Shown: in pieces, positions 29,319 to 38,675 of the stretch
Layout of the letters: each line of letters opens with the position of its first letter
Position numbering within the stretch: position 1 is the stretch's first letter
Notes under the pieces: generated by a model
The model's database searches: none
The model's input: only the letters and a program-made list of their open reading frames with translations
What the model was told of the DNA's origin: nothing
Program-made: the position numbers and the translations under genes
Assembly (NCBI GenBank): GCA_965371245.1
Contig: CBDUXT010000020.1
Location: 2,150-66,149, forward strand
Direction of reading: 5' to 3'
DNA from: an uncultured bacterium
GTDB lineage: Bacteria; Planctomycetota; Phycisphaerae; UBA1845
DNA length: 64,000 bases

Positions 29319-30310
29319 TTGAGGCGCTCCAGCCCCTTGACGAGCATCTTTTCAAAGATGCGCTTTTCCATCGCCTCGGTCTTGGCTTCCTTGCCCTTCT
29401 CGGACTTGCGACGCTGGTAATCTCTTAGCTTCTTGGATCGCGAAAGAATCTTGCCCGCCACGGCGGCCTTCGGTTTCGACAGCTTGTTCTTATCGACGAA
29501 CTTCCGGACGTAGATGTCCCACTCGTCCTCTTCTTCCGCAGTTTCCTTAGAAACGAACTCTGGATGTCGCGCTCTCCACCTTTGGGCCTTTTTCTCTTCT
29601 AGGTCAAGCAGCCTGGCAAGGCTGATGCCCCTCATCTCGCTTCGCTTCTTGAGGACCGCAAGACTCGGCTCAAGACCCAATCCATACCGTTTCAATAGCC
29701 ATTCTTCTTCGCCGACGATTGACACTCCATCCCACCAGTAATTGTTGCCATCACGCAATCTCATGCGACTTCCGACTTGAGCGCCGATATCCTCCAGACC
29801 AAACGGCTCCTGGCGGTGGCTCGGCTGGTCGAAGGATTGATGGGTAATTGTAAGCGTCTTAATCAGTTCACCTTTCTGATAGATTCTCCCATCCGACATC
29901 TCACGCGTCTCGCCCTTATGGTAATACTTCCCATCTGGGTGAGTCACCATGGCGTCCAGGATTGGGAACACAGGAGGAACGTTTGAGCGACGATAGATCA
30001 AATAGTTATCTCCCTCTCTTAACCACACATAGCTGTCAATGAGCGCTTTGTAGTGCGTTCCTTGGTAGTTGTGGTGAAACCTCTCGGGCGAGTCCTCAGT
30101 TCCTTCCAGGTTTCTCACGATGGATTCGTAGTCCTTATGATGAAAACCTTGGTCGTCACCCAACGACGTCTCTCTGATGGTATCTCCGGCATACTCAGTC
30201 ACAAATCTCTCTATAGGCAATCCTGGAAACTCTACTGTCCACTCAATACGAGCAGTTTTGAACGGCGGAATCAAACATAGGACACTGCCGAGTACCCAAG
30301 AGACAGCCAT
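29315..30310 (-). CDS. Hypothetical exported protein, low-GC island
   Basis: GGAGGTGA RBS; hydrophobic N-terminus; Lys/Glu-rich helical C-terminus. Confidence 0.7.
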   Translation of the reverse strand: MAVSWVLGSVLCLIPPFKTARIEWTVEFPGLPIERFVTEYAGDTIRETSLGDDQGFHHKDYESIVRNLEGTEDSPERFHHNYQGTHYKALIDSYVWLREGDNYLIYRRSNVPPVFPILDAMVTHPDGKYYHKGETREMSDGRIYQKGELIKTLTITHQSFDQPSHRQEPFGLEDIGAQVGSRMRLRDGNNYWWDGVSIVGEEEWLLKRYGLGLEPSLAVLKKRSEMRGISLARLLDLEEKKAQRWRARHPEFVSKETAEEEDEWDIYVRKFVDKNKLSKPKAAVAGKILSRSKKLRDYQRRKSEKGKEAKTEAMEKRIFEKMLVKGLERLK

Positions 30311-30365
30311 GATCACCTCCCTGTAACGGTTCGGCCTGAGGACGAAATCGGTCCCCTTGCACGCA

Positions 30366-30872
30366 TCATTCGGTCTGACAGCCTGATGAGTCGCCACAGC
30401 ACCCGTCTCCACCAGGCCCGCACACCCATTCCTGTGCTCGCCGATACCACGCCGGATCGTCTAGGCTCCACGTGCACTCACACATCCCGTTGTCGCAAAG
30501 AAAGCCGCAGCCTGGGAATGGTTTACATAGGGTCAGATAGCTGCAGGGAACCATGTCGTCTACGCGGCAACACGACGGCGAGCCTGATCCATTGTCCATA
30601 CATTCCATCTGTGTCTCTATAGGAGTCAAAGCTTCATACGGGATGGGAATTACCTTTTCCATGTCGCAGAGTTGATGGGGGGGGCATTCGCATTCCTGCC
30701 AACCCCCACAGCCGGAACTCGTTGATTGCCACCCACAAACCTCGTTCTCTTCGCAAGCGCACTGGAACTCGTCCAGCGTCGTCTTCGTCTTCGTCATCGC
30801 TTCAGTTGCCGGCAGAGAGATCGCGGCGCACACCCAAACAACCCCTGCCACAAGTGTCACTAACTTCCTCAT
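30366..30872 (-). CDS. Secreted cysteine-rich protein (168 aa, 21 Cys)
   Basis: GGGAGG RBS; signal peptide MRKLVTLVAGVVWVCAAISLPATEA; acidic Cys-rich mature part. Confidence 0.7.
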   Translation of the reverse strand: MRKLVTLVAGVVWVCAAISLPATEAMTKTKTTLDEFQCACEENEVCGWQSTSSGCGGWQECECPPHQLCDMEKVIPIPYEALTPIETQMECMDNGSGSPSCCRVDDMVPCSYLTLCKPFPGCGFLCDNGMCECTWSLDDPAWYRRAQEWVCGPGGDGCCGDSSGCQTE

Positions 30873-31250
30873 CAAATGCCTCCCTGACCGAACCGAAGAA
30901 GATTGTCCGCGAGCCTGCAAGCCCGCGAGGCGAGATGCCGCCGGAAAACCCAGCCGTGTGGAAGGACACCTTGAGGAATGCGAAGCAATCCGCCCACGAG
31001 CGTCCCTCAGTTTGCCGACCAGAGCAACTCTTGTCAGCCTGAACTCAGTCTAGCTCAAAGTACCAGTGGAAGTATAGCGGGTGCCGCGAGCGCGTCAAGG
31101 CGCAAATGCGATGTTGCATCGAAACGCAATAGCGCGAAATTAAAGCAGGTCTCGCCTCACGCCGAGGACGTAGATTGGCTATTTTGATGTAACATTCAGG
31201 CGCAATGCCTCCTAGTTTCACGACGTCCTGTGCCGGTTGGGTCTTGCGCC

Positions 31251-33104
31251 CTACCCCAACGGAACGGCCCGGCTGATGGTGCCACCCTTCTGCGACTTGT
31301 ACTCCACCGTCATCTGGCCCGTGCCCCGGACCAGCCAGCGGAACAGCCGCGTGCCGTGCTGACCGATCCCGCGATCAACCCAGATCCGCTCCGGCTCACG
31401 CGGAGTCAGCGTCATGGCCGGGTCGAACCACGTGCGGACCGTTCCCGAGGCGAGGACCTCCCCAGCGCCCCGCAGCGTGATCTGATCCCGCGGGCCGAGC
31501 TTCTTCACGGCCGACACGCCACTGACCGATGGGATGGCGGCGCCGTTGGCCACCTGAACCGTCACCTGCCAAACGCCTCCGTCCAGCGGCTTCACCTCGA
31601 CGCGCGAGAAGGAAAGCCTGGGCATCTGCTCGGCATGGTACATGGTGAAGGCGAAGTTGCGGTGACAGAGTTCCTCGAGCATGAAGACAGGCGGGACGCG
31701 CGAGGCGTACTTGTTCCAGCCGCCGATCAAGATCTCGCCGTAGGTCGGATGGTTGTACGGCTTGAGCGGGACGAAGAGATGCTCGAACTGAAGCAGATCG
31801 CCGAACTTGAACCGCTGCTCGGTTCTCGTCCAGTCGCCCTCCTTGCCGTAGTACGACTGGGCGTTGGACCACAGCTCGTTGGTGAAGCTGAAGATACCCA
31901 GCCCCTCGGCCGTCCAATTCACGAAACCGCCGTGGACCGTGTACAGATCGCGCCAGATGACCATGTAGCGGTAGTAGGGAAGAATGCGCTCGCCGGTCCG
32001 CCCGATCTCGTCATAGACCGCCCGATCCGACCTGGGATAAAACCCTTCGCGCGCCTGAGCGCCGGGACCGCGAAGAATCATCCCGCCGGCGTTGTGATAG
32101 GACTGCACCGCGGCGATGTTGGGGCGATCCAGGATCAACCGACCAATGGCGGCCGGCTCCGGGTAGCTGAACGGGTACTCGCCGGCGCCGCGCTGAATGT
32201 AATCGGGCATCCAGCCGGAGGGCCAGTTGCGATTCATGTCGTACCCGCCGGGCGTGTCCTCGTTGATGCGCCCGTCGCCGTCGTTGTCGATCCCCTCGGA
32301 GCCGAGGCGCATCCACTCGCCCTTCTCGTCGGCGCCCACGCGCTCGAACACACGCGGATCCTTCGCGGACCGGCGATAGCGCCCGTCCGGATGCTTCTTC
32401 CACATCTGCGTGATGAACCCGTCTCCGTCGAGGTCGTCGTAGCCGTCCTCGTCGAACAGACCGTCGTAGTCGTTGTCCGTGGGCTTCTTGCCGCTACGAG
32501 ACGAACTCGACGTGTTGGGCGCGTCGAACCAATGAGCGCGCCCATCGGGGTTCACGCTCAGCAACACATAGAAAGCGTTTCGGTCCATCAGCTTGGTGAG
32601 CTTCTCGACCACGCCGTAGCTCTTGGTGAGGTACCACACCGTGTAGAGACACACCTCGCTGCCCTGGACTTCGTTGCCGTGGACGTTGGCCTCGATGTAC
32701 ATGGCCGGCTTGTCGCGATCGCTGCCCGTCCTGGCGTTGTTGATCGTGATGACCCAAAGGTCGCGCCCTTCGCTGCTCTTCCCGATGGATTCGAGCGTGA
32801 GAAACTCGGGATAGGCCGCGACGAGGCGTTGGGCGGCATCGACCATCTCCTCGTAGTTGTAGAAGCGGTCGAACGTCAGATTCACGCGGCTCGGGTTGTT
32901 TTGTTGGGCAGTAGCCGCGTGGGGCGCACCAACGAGCCCGGCGACGGCTACACAAAGACTCAGGCTGATCTGGTTTAGAGCATTTCCCGTTTTAGCATGC
33001 CGGGTCCACCGCCCTTCGCGACCCATCAATCGGCGAGAGACCGCGCGGGCTGAAGCCCGCGGCTCGGAACACAGAAACAGGAAATGTTTTAGTATGCGCC
33101 GCAT
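31251..33104 (-). CDS. M14 zinc carboxypeptidase, secreted, active-type
   Basis: SIGKSSEGR, NVHGNE (HxxE), NPDG, DMNRNW, SYPE, QSYHNAG; DxDxDG Ca loops; TAATG coupling to the upstream gene. Confidence 0.88.
   Translation of the reverse strand: MRRILKHFLFLCSEPRASARAVSRRLMGREGRWTRHAKTGNALNQISLSLCVAVAGLVGAPHAATAQQNNPSRVNLTFDRFYNYEEMVDAAQRLVAAYPEFLTLESIGKSSEGRDLWVITINNARTGSDRDKPAMYIEANVHGNEVQGSEVCLYTVWYLTKSYGVVEKLTKLMDRNAFYVLLSVNPDGRAHWFDAPNTSSSSRSGKKPTDNDYDGLFDEDGYDDLDGDGFITQMWKKHPDGRYRRSAKDPRVFERVGADEKGEWMRLGSEGIDNDGDGRINEDTPGGYDMNRNWPSGWMPDYIQRGAGEYPFSYPEPAAIGRLILDRPNIAAVQSYHNAGGMILRGPGAQAREGFYPRSDRAVYDEIGRTGERILPYYRYMVIWRDLYTVHGGFVNWTAEGLGIFSFTNELWSNAQSYYGKEGDWTRTEQRFKFGDLLQFEHLFVPLKPYNHPTYGEILIGGWNKYASRVPPVFMLEELCHRNFAFTMYHAEQMPRLSFSRVEVKPLDGGVWQVTVQVANGAAIPSVSGVSAVKKLGPRDQITLRGAGEVLASGTVRTWFDPAMTLTPREPERIWVDRGIGQHGTRLFRWLVRGTGQMTVEYKSQKGGTISRAVPLG
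33037..33066. repeat. REP family A copy inside the M14 gene 5' end
   Basis: GAGACCGCGCGGGCTGAAGCCCGCGGCTC. Confidence 0.7.
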
Positions 33105-35038
33105 TACGATCCCTCCTTCTGATCAGGCGTGGACGCCAGGGTTACATCCACCTGCTGGTTTCCGTATTTCTCCGAAATCAGTCTGATCGTCACCGTGCTG
33201 CCGGCCGCGCCGCGCACCACCCAGCGCAGCTTGTTACGCCCGCCGCTGCCGGGGACAGACCAAATCCGCTCGACCCTCGTGCCGCCGAGAATGCGGTCGA
33301 GGGGAACGTCCAGCATCACGACGGCCGGTCGCACGCGTCGGTTCTCTTTAGCGATGCCCAAACCCGACGGAAAGTAGCCATCATTGACCAGCGCGGTCTC
33401 AATCTGATAGACCGTGTCGGACAGGGCCGTGACCTTCGGTGCAACGATCGCAAGGTTGGGGAAGCGACCCCCCAAGTCCAACACAAAGGCAAGCTGCTTC
33501 TCGGAGATTTCCTCGATCATCTCGGCCGGCGGCGTGGTGCGAAAGAAGGGGACGAACCCGCCGATCTCGACCGCTCCGAGTTGTGGATGGGGGAACGAAG
33601 TCCACGGAACGAACCCTGCGCCGTCACGCTTTTCGTCGCTGTACTTGAGCCAGGCGGCTGCATCCTTGTCGGCCGGACCTTCTTCCTTCTTGCCACCCCC
33701 GCCGCCGCGCCCAGACCTCGCACCACGACGCATTCCCGCGGGGCGATCCGCGCCCGATGGCTTGTCGGCTTCTTTGGCGTCCGCACCCCCGTCCTCCGGT
33801 TCGTCCTCCGCGCCTTCCTCGGCATCGGGCTTCTCGTCCTTTTTCTTCTCGGGCTCCGGCCTGGTCCACACCCGACAGGCAAACGATGGAATGCCGTACT
33901 GCGCGTAGGCCCAGCCGAACACGGCGCCATCGGACGCTTCCGAGGGCACCTTCTTGATCCCGGTCAGCTTTTTGTAGCGCTCCGACATGTGCTTGTAGAT
34001 CGCCACGTCGTCCTTGTGCAGACCGCGCGGAGGCTTTGGGCTCGGCGGACGGACGAACCCGCCGCGACCGCCACCGCCTCGCCCTCGCCGAGGCGCCGCC
34101 GCCGCGGCTTGCGGAGGTCTAGCGCCGCCGCCGCGCGCGTCGCCGCCGCCCTTGGGCGGATCCACGACGTTGTCGTGCCGACCGTAGAAGACGGCCGTGG
34201 CGATCCGCGGGTGCGCCCAGAAGAAGTCGATGAGCGCCTTGGACTCCGGCTCGGATATCTGGTGCGGACCGGCGCCGGCATCGTGTTCTTTGTACTGATG
34301 CATGAAGTTGCGGTTCACATCCACGCCGCCGGGTCCGTCTTCGTTGTAGAGTTCGTCGCCATCGCTATCGACGCCCTCGACCAGCAGCGCGTAGACCGGT
34401 GTCTCGCCCTTGTCACGGTCAGCCTTCTTGAGCAAACGTGGCTCTTTCGGATCCGGCACGTGCGTGGCCTCAAGGGTGCCGACGCGTGCGCCGTCGATCT
34501 TCACCCGCATCATCGTGATCATCCCGTCGCCGTTGAGGTCCTCCGGGCCGTCCTCGTCGATGCGACCATCGCGGTCGTCGTCCCACGGGCGCAGCGCCAA
34601 GCGCTGCTCGCGGAGCGGCTTGTTGAAATAGGCCTCCACCGCGTCTGGGTTCACGCGCGGAACGACGTAGACCGTGTGGCCGGCGAGAAGCTCCCACCCC
34701 GGCTCATCCCGGCCGGCCGATAGCAGACCCCGCGCTACACCCATTGCGACGGCCGTCGTAACCGGGAAATCTCCGTCGATGCCGCCCACGATCGCCATGG
34801 CCGACCGATCGGCGAGGTTCTCGCCTCGGCCGAGTTCCAACACGACAATGTCGCGACCCTGTCGGCTCTGGCCGATGGAGATCAGCCGACACGCGTCTGG
34901 AAACTCAGCGACAAGCCTTCGCAGCTCCGTTTGTAGTTGACCGGCATCCTGATAGTCCGCCGCCCGGGCGACGACGGGTAGCCCGAGCATCGCAAGACCG
35001 CAAACCCACGCGCGTGGCTGGAATCGTAAGATCGACAA
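33104..35038 (-). CDS. M14 carboxypeptidase-like paralog lacking HxxE
   Basis: SIGQSRQGR, GGIDGD in place of HxxE, VNPD, DVNRNF, SEPE, DxDxDG loops; TTG start after GGAGGGAAGG. Confidence 0.8.
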   Translation of the reverse strand: MSILRFQPRAWVCGLAMLGLPVVARAADYQDAGQLQTELRRLVAEFPDACRLISIGQSRQGRDIVVLELGRGENLADRSAMAIVGGIDGDFPVTTAVAMGVARGLLSAGRDEPGWELLAGHTVYVVPRVNPDAVEAYFNKPLREQRLALRPWDDDRDGRIDEDGPEDLNGDGMITMMRVKIDGARVGTLEATHVPDPKEPRLLKKADRDKGETPVYALLVEGVDSDGDELYNEDGPGGVDVNRNFMHQYKEHDAGAGPHQISEPESKALIDFFWAHPRIATAVFYGRHDNVVDPPKGGGDARGGGARPPQAAAAAPRRGRGGGGRGGFVRPPSPKPPRGLHKDDVAIYKHMSERYKKLTGIKKVPSEASDGAVFGWAYAQYGIPSFACRVWTRPEPEKKKDEKPDAEEGAEDEPEDGGADAKEADKPSGADRPAGMRRGARSGRGGGGGKKEEGPADKDAAAWLKYSDEKRDGAGFVPWTSFPHPQLGAVEIGGFVPFFRTTPPAEMIEEISEKQLAFVLDLGGRFPNLAIVAPKVTALSDTVYQIETALVNDGYFPSGLGIAKENRRVRPAVVMLDVPLDRILGGTRVERIWSVPGSGGRNKLRWVVRGAAGSTVTIRLISEKYGNQQVDVTLASTPDQKEGS

Positions 35039-35525
35039 CGTCCTTCCCTCCGTAACTTGGGATCCGCAAGACAAACCAAGCGCCAAGGATCGACAGACCG
35101 AGTGGGGACCGCCCCACGCTCCGGCGCGAATGTCCAGCCGACACGATACAGGATCGCGAGGCCGGTGGCACGTCCGCCTGGTCGAACACCGTCGGTAAGT
35201 CATGTGTTCTTGTAGCGATCGAAGCCGGGCTTGTTACCGAGAGATTACCTCGGAGAAGCGATACGCAAGAAACGACAGAGCCATACTGCCGCGTCACGTC
35301 TCAATCGATGCCTTATCCGAGACGAGCAGGTCGGGGCATCGACCTGACATTGCCTGGCACGGAAATCTCCTCCGGCTACGTCGGCGTGAGGGTCACAGCC
35401 CATTCGGGCATTCTCGCCTGGCGGCACATGCTTGTTGACGCGTGATCACACATCGACCTGCATGCCTACTTCGCTAGCCAACCGCGCACGCTACTCCGGA
35501 AATCCATCGCCTTCGCATGACGATC

Positions 35526-35564
35526 AACGTAGCCGGAAAGTGCCGGGTCGATGACCCGACCTAC
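35526..35564. repeat. GTAG-type REP (GCCGGGTCGATGACCCGACCTAC)
   Basis: Identical core at 61928-61950; degenerate copy at 2862-2900. Confidence 0.75.
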
Positions 35565-35594
35565 CGAAGCGCGGCGATGGAAAGCGACAAAGCC

Positions 35595-36740
35595 CTAGAA
35601 CCGATAGTAGGCTTGGTAGTGGTCGCGGATCGCCAGATCGACGTTGAAGATCGAGGCGATCAAGGCCGCCCGCATCCACATGCCGTTACGAACCTGGTCC
35701 CAATACTTCGCCTGCGGAAGCGAATCGAGCCGCTGATCGAGTTCGTGTCGACGGGGCAACGGGTGGAGGATCGCCAGGTTCCGTTTGAAGGCACCGGCCA
35801 TGTCGTAGGTCAGGCTGAAACGGTCGTAGTCGATCGCCTTCGACTCTCCCTCGACGTCCCACTCGTCCTGAAGCCGTGTCATGTAGACGGCATCACATTC
35901 GCCGATGACCGATCGAACGTCGTCGCTGATGTCATACTCGATGTCGTATCGCGACGCATAATCGAGAATGTCCTGCCCGATCTGAAGCTCCGGCGGCGAA
36001 ACGAACAGCAGCCGCACACCGGGGAAACGACACAACAGGTACACCAACGACCGAACCGTTCGACCACGCTTCAGATCGCCGACGAAGGCAATCGTTTTCC
36101 CGGTGAAGGGGTTCTTCGAATAACGCGGCGCACCGCGACCCTCGATCGACCCGGCGAAGCTGCGAAAAAGCGTGTAGATGTCCAACATCGCCTGTGTCGG
36201 GTGTTGATCCTTTCCCGACCCGCCGTTGATCACGGGGATGGTTCGCGGCATGTCGTTGAGCATGTTGGCCACGTGCTCGGCGAAGCCTTCCCCGGGGTGG
36301 CGCATGATGATGAGGTCGAAGTACTGGCTCAAGACGCGGATCGTATCGTCTTCCGACTCGCCCTTCACCTCGGAGGAGGTCGAACGATCACGCACCTCGT
36401 TGTAGGGGATGCCGACAATCTGGCAGGCGGCCGTGAACGACAGGAAGGTCCGCGTGGAGGGCTGGATGAAGTAGAGCATCGCCCGGCGATGGCTCAGCAG
36501 CGTTCGCAAAAACTGCGTACCCTGACGCGACCCGCCGATCGAGCGAATCATGTCGGAAAGCTGACAGAGCTGCTCGATGGCGCAGCGGTCAAACTGCTGG
36601 GCAAGGACGATGTGGAAGGCCTTGTCGTTTCGATTCAGTGCGGAAACACGGTGGGCGGTGTCCGGCTGTTCGCCGACCCGCGCATCTTCAAGGCCCGCAT
36701 CCGTCGTGTACATTCCTACCCTTGTGGTGATCGCCATCAT
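35595..36740 (-). CDS. pyrB: Aspartate carbamoyltransferase catalytic subunit
   Basis: FIQPSTRT, KGES, MRHP, HPTQ, GDLKRGRTVRSL, YMTRLQ, HPLPR; start uncertain. Confidence 0.92.
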   Translation of the reverse strand: MMAITTRVGMYTTDAGLEDARVGEQPDTAHRVSALNRNDKAFHIVLAQQFDRCAIEQLCQLSDMIRSIGGSRQGTQFLRTLLSHRRAMLYFIQPSTRTFLSFTAACQIVGIPYNEVRDRSTSSEVKGESEDDTIRVLSQYFDLIIMRHPGEGFAEHVANMLNDMPRTIPVINGGSGKDQHPTQAMLDIYTLFRSFAGSIEGRGAPRYSKNPFTGKTIAFVGDLKRGRTVRSLVYLLCRFPGVRLLFVSPPELQIGQDILDYASRYDIEYDISDDVRSVIGECDAVYMTRLQDEWDVEGESKAIDYDRFSLTYDMAGAFKRNLAILHPLPRRHELDQRLDSLPQAKYWDQVRNGMWMRAALIASIFNVDLAIRDHYQAYYRF

Positions 36741-36800
36741 GCGAACTGCAAACGGAAGACCCTGCTTTCGGAGCCGAGCGCCCTGGCGAAACCGGCGGGT

Positions 36801-37748
36801 CTAGCCGCTCGGACGATCGCCCTTACGCTGGGGTGGTCGAGGGACAGTAGACCGGCTCTTGGTGGGATTGTCAAATCGGCGCGGCGCCGTTTGCCTTCGC
36901 GGCATGCGGCGGCCTTCGATGCGCGGCAGGATCAGCGGCTTGTCGAGCGTGTGCCCATGCTCACACTCCGCCGCCTCCAGATAGGTAAGGTGACGACAAA
37001 GCGGAGGGTCCCCCGAGTTGGAGATCGGTCGCGCGGGCGGCCCCAACAAAAACGCGGACTCCGTCGAGGCGCCGCGTTCACCCGAACCATCAACCGGCGT
37101 AACACCCGCAACGGCCTCGGGTCCACGCCCGCCAGATCCTGCCGGGGGCTCCGCAACCACCCGCGCGGGCTCGGCGCGGGCCAGGTTCTTTGCGTCATGC
37201 GCTTCCGCGGTCGGATCCGGAAGGCGGACATCGTCGGGACGCTCAAGGCCGGGCTCCAGGGGCTTGGCTGTACGAACCGAATCGCCCGAACGGGCACCGC
37301 TCGCGACCGTCTGAGCCGGCGGTTGGCGCTGGGACCACAGACCCGCAGCCCCCAGGCTCAGCCCGATGACGGCGGCCGCGGCATAGCGGGCAGCGTTCGG
37401 CCACCCCGCTCGCCAGGCGCCAGTCACCGCGGGCGAGACCGGCTCCACCACGTCCACTCGTCCGGTCAACCGCGCGCCGGCTTCCAGCGCGTCGCGCGCC
37501 TGCTGGTCGGCATCGCTGGTCAACGCCTCCGACGGCTCAAGATCGGCAAGGAGCCCGAGCCCATCGGTCACGGACCTCAGTCCGTCGGCCAATGCTCGAC
37601 ACGACGGACACCGCGAAAGATGAAACCTCAATCCATGCGGCAGTCGCCCGTGGTCGGCCAGCGCTTCATCATCGGAGAGCACCGACATCACCCAGACGCG
37701 CTTCGAACACGTCACCGGCGGCTGTAATCCTTGCCCGAAGTTGCTCAC
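36801..37748 (-). CDS. Zinc-binding anti-sigma factor-like membrane protein
   Basis: HLSRCPSC (HxxxCxxC), one TM, low-complexity C-terminus; overlaps the sigma stop. Confidence 0.7.
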   Translation of the reverse strand: MSNFGQGLQPPVTCSKRVWVMSVLSDDEALADHGRLPHGLRFHLSRCPSCRALADGLRSVTDGLGLLADLEPSEALTSDADQQARDALEAGARLTGRVDVVEPVSPAVTGAWRAGWPNAARYAAAAVIGLSLGAAGLWSQRQPPAQTVASGARSGDSVRTAKPLEPGLERPDDVRLPDPTAEAHDAKNLARAEPARVVAEPPAGSGGRGPEAVAGVTPVDGSGERGASTESAFLLGPPARPISNSGDPPLCRHLTYLEAAECEHGHTLDKPLILPRIEGRRMPRRQTAPRRFDNPTKSRSTVPRPPQRKGDRPSG

Positions 37749-38395
37749 GACTCTTCCTCGCCACCGAGAATCTCGGCGAGCTTCACGACGGCGTGTCGCC
37801 GATAGACCCGCGCGGTACCCGGCTCAATGCCCAGTGTCTTGGCTACGGCCTTGTAAGACATCCGGCTTAGGTCTCTTAATAATACAACGTTGCGAAGATG
37901 ATCCGGCAGCCGAGCGATCGCTTCGCGCAAAGCCGGAACGCTACTGCCTTCGCCCAGTATGCCCGGTTCGCCCGACTGCGCCCTCGGTTGCTGGGCCGCG
38001 ACGGCCGGTAGGTGTTCCGCCCGCCGTTTCCGCGTCCGAAGCATCTCGATGGCGACGTTGGCGGCGGTTCGATAGGCGTACGCCTTGGCGCTGGCGATGT
38101 GTCCCCGGCGACCGCGTAACGCCAGCTTGCAGAAGCAATCCTGATAGGCATCCATCACGTCGTGCTCGCGCCCGAGGATCCGCCAGAGCATCCGGAGAAT
38201 CCCAGGGCCCTCCCGAGAGATGACACGCGTGACCCATCGATGATCGACTTGGCCGGTCGCCGGCTGCTCCGCATCGACCGGAACCGGAAATGTCCCCGCA
38301 AGGGCGGTCGCCGCGCTCGTCATCACCCGTCCGGACGGGTTCGCAGACCCTTCGTTAGCGCGGAATTTCGGCTTTTGAGTTCCATCACCTGGCAT
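37745..38395 (-). CDS. ECF RNA polymerase sigma factor
   Basis: DVMDAYQDCFCKL, YAYRTAANVAIEMLR, LPDHLRNVVLLRD..SYKAVAKTLGIEPGT; start uncertain. Confidence 0.85.
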   Translation of the reverse strand: MPGDGTQKPKFRANEGSANPSGRVMTSAATALAGTFPVPVDAEQPATGQVDHRWVTRVISREGPGILRMLWRILGREHDVMDAYQDCFCKLALRGRRGHIASAKAYAYRTAANVAIEMLRTRKRRAEHLPAVAAQQPRAQSGEPGILGEGSSVPALREAIARLPDHLRNVVLLRDLSRMSYKAVAKTLGIEPGTARVYRRHAVVKLAEILGGEEES

Positions 38396-38675
38396 GGCCG
38401 GTTCTGACTCCGTAATCCCCCCGCGGGTATTATAGCCCAACCAGGCTCAAACCGGGCACGCGTCGCACCCGTGCGGCTCGCCGGCGACCGAAAACCGCTC
38501 GCGTGGACCTGAAACGCCGGGTTCGGCCTCCCTTTGGCCATCGCGGGAAGTTCCGCTAACATGAAGGGTTCTCGCCCACGCTTGGGTATTTTTGGACACG
38601 GGCGAGCCGTCGAGGCGGAACCCGGCCACTTGGGGGCCCCGCGACGCGCCCGCGGCTCGAAAGAAGGAGTCATCG

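Noticed and set aside
31230-32978. 582-aa plus-strand ORF
   Set aside because: Antisense shadow of the M14 peptidase, typical of high-GC DNA
35040-35520. ~480-bp intergenic gap with short ORFs
   Set aside because: No convincing RBS, motif or RNA structure; probably a promoter or leader region
35517-37727. 736-aa plus-strand ORF
   Set aside because: Antisense shadow of pyrB and the anti-sigma gene; Arg-rich, no motifs, begins in a REP
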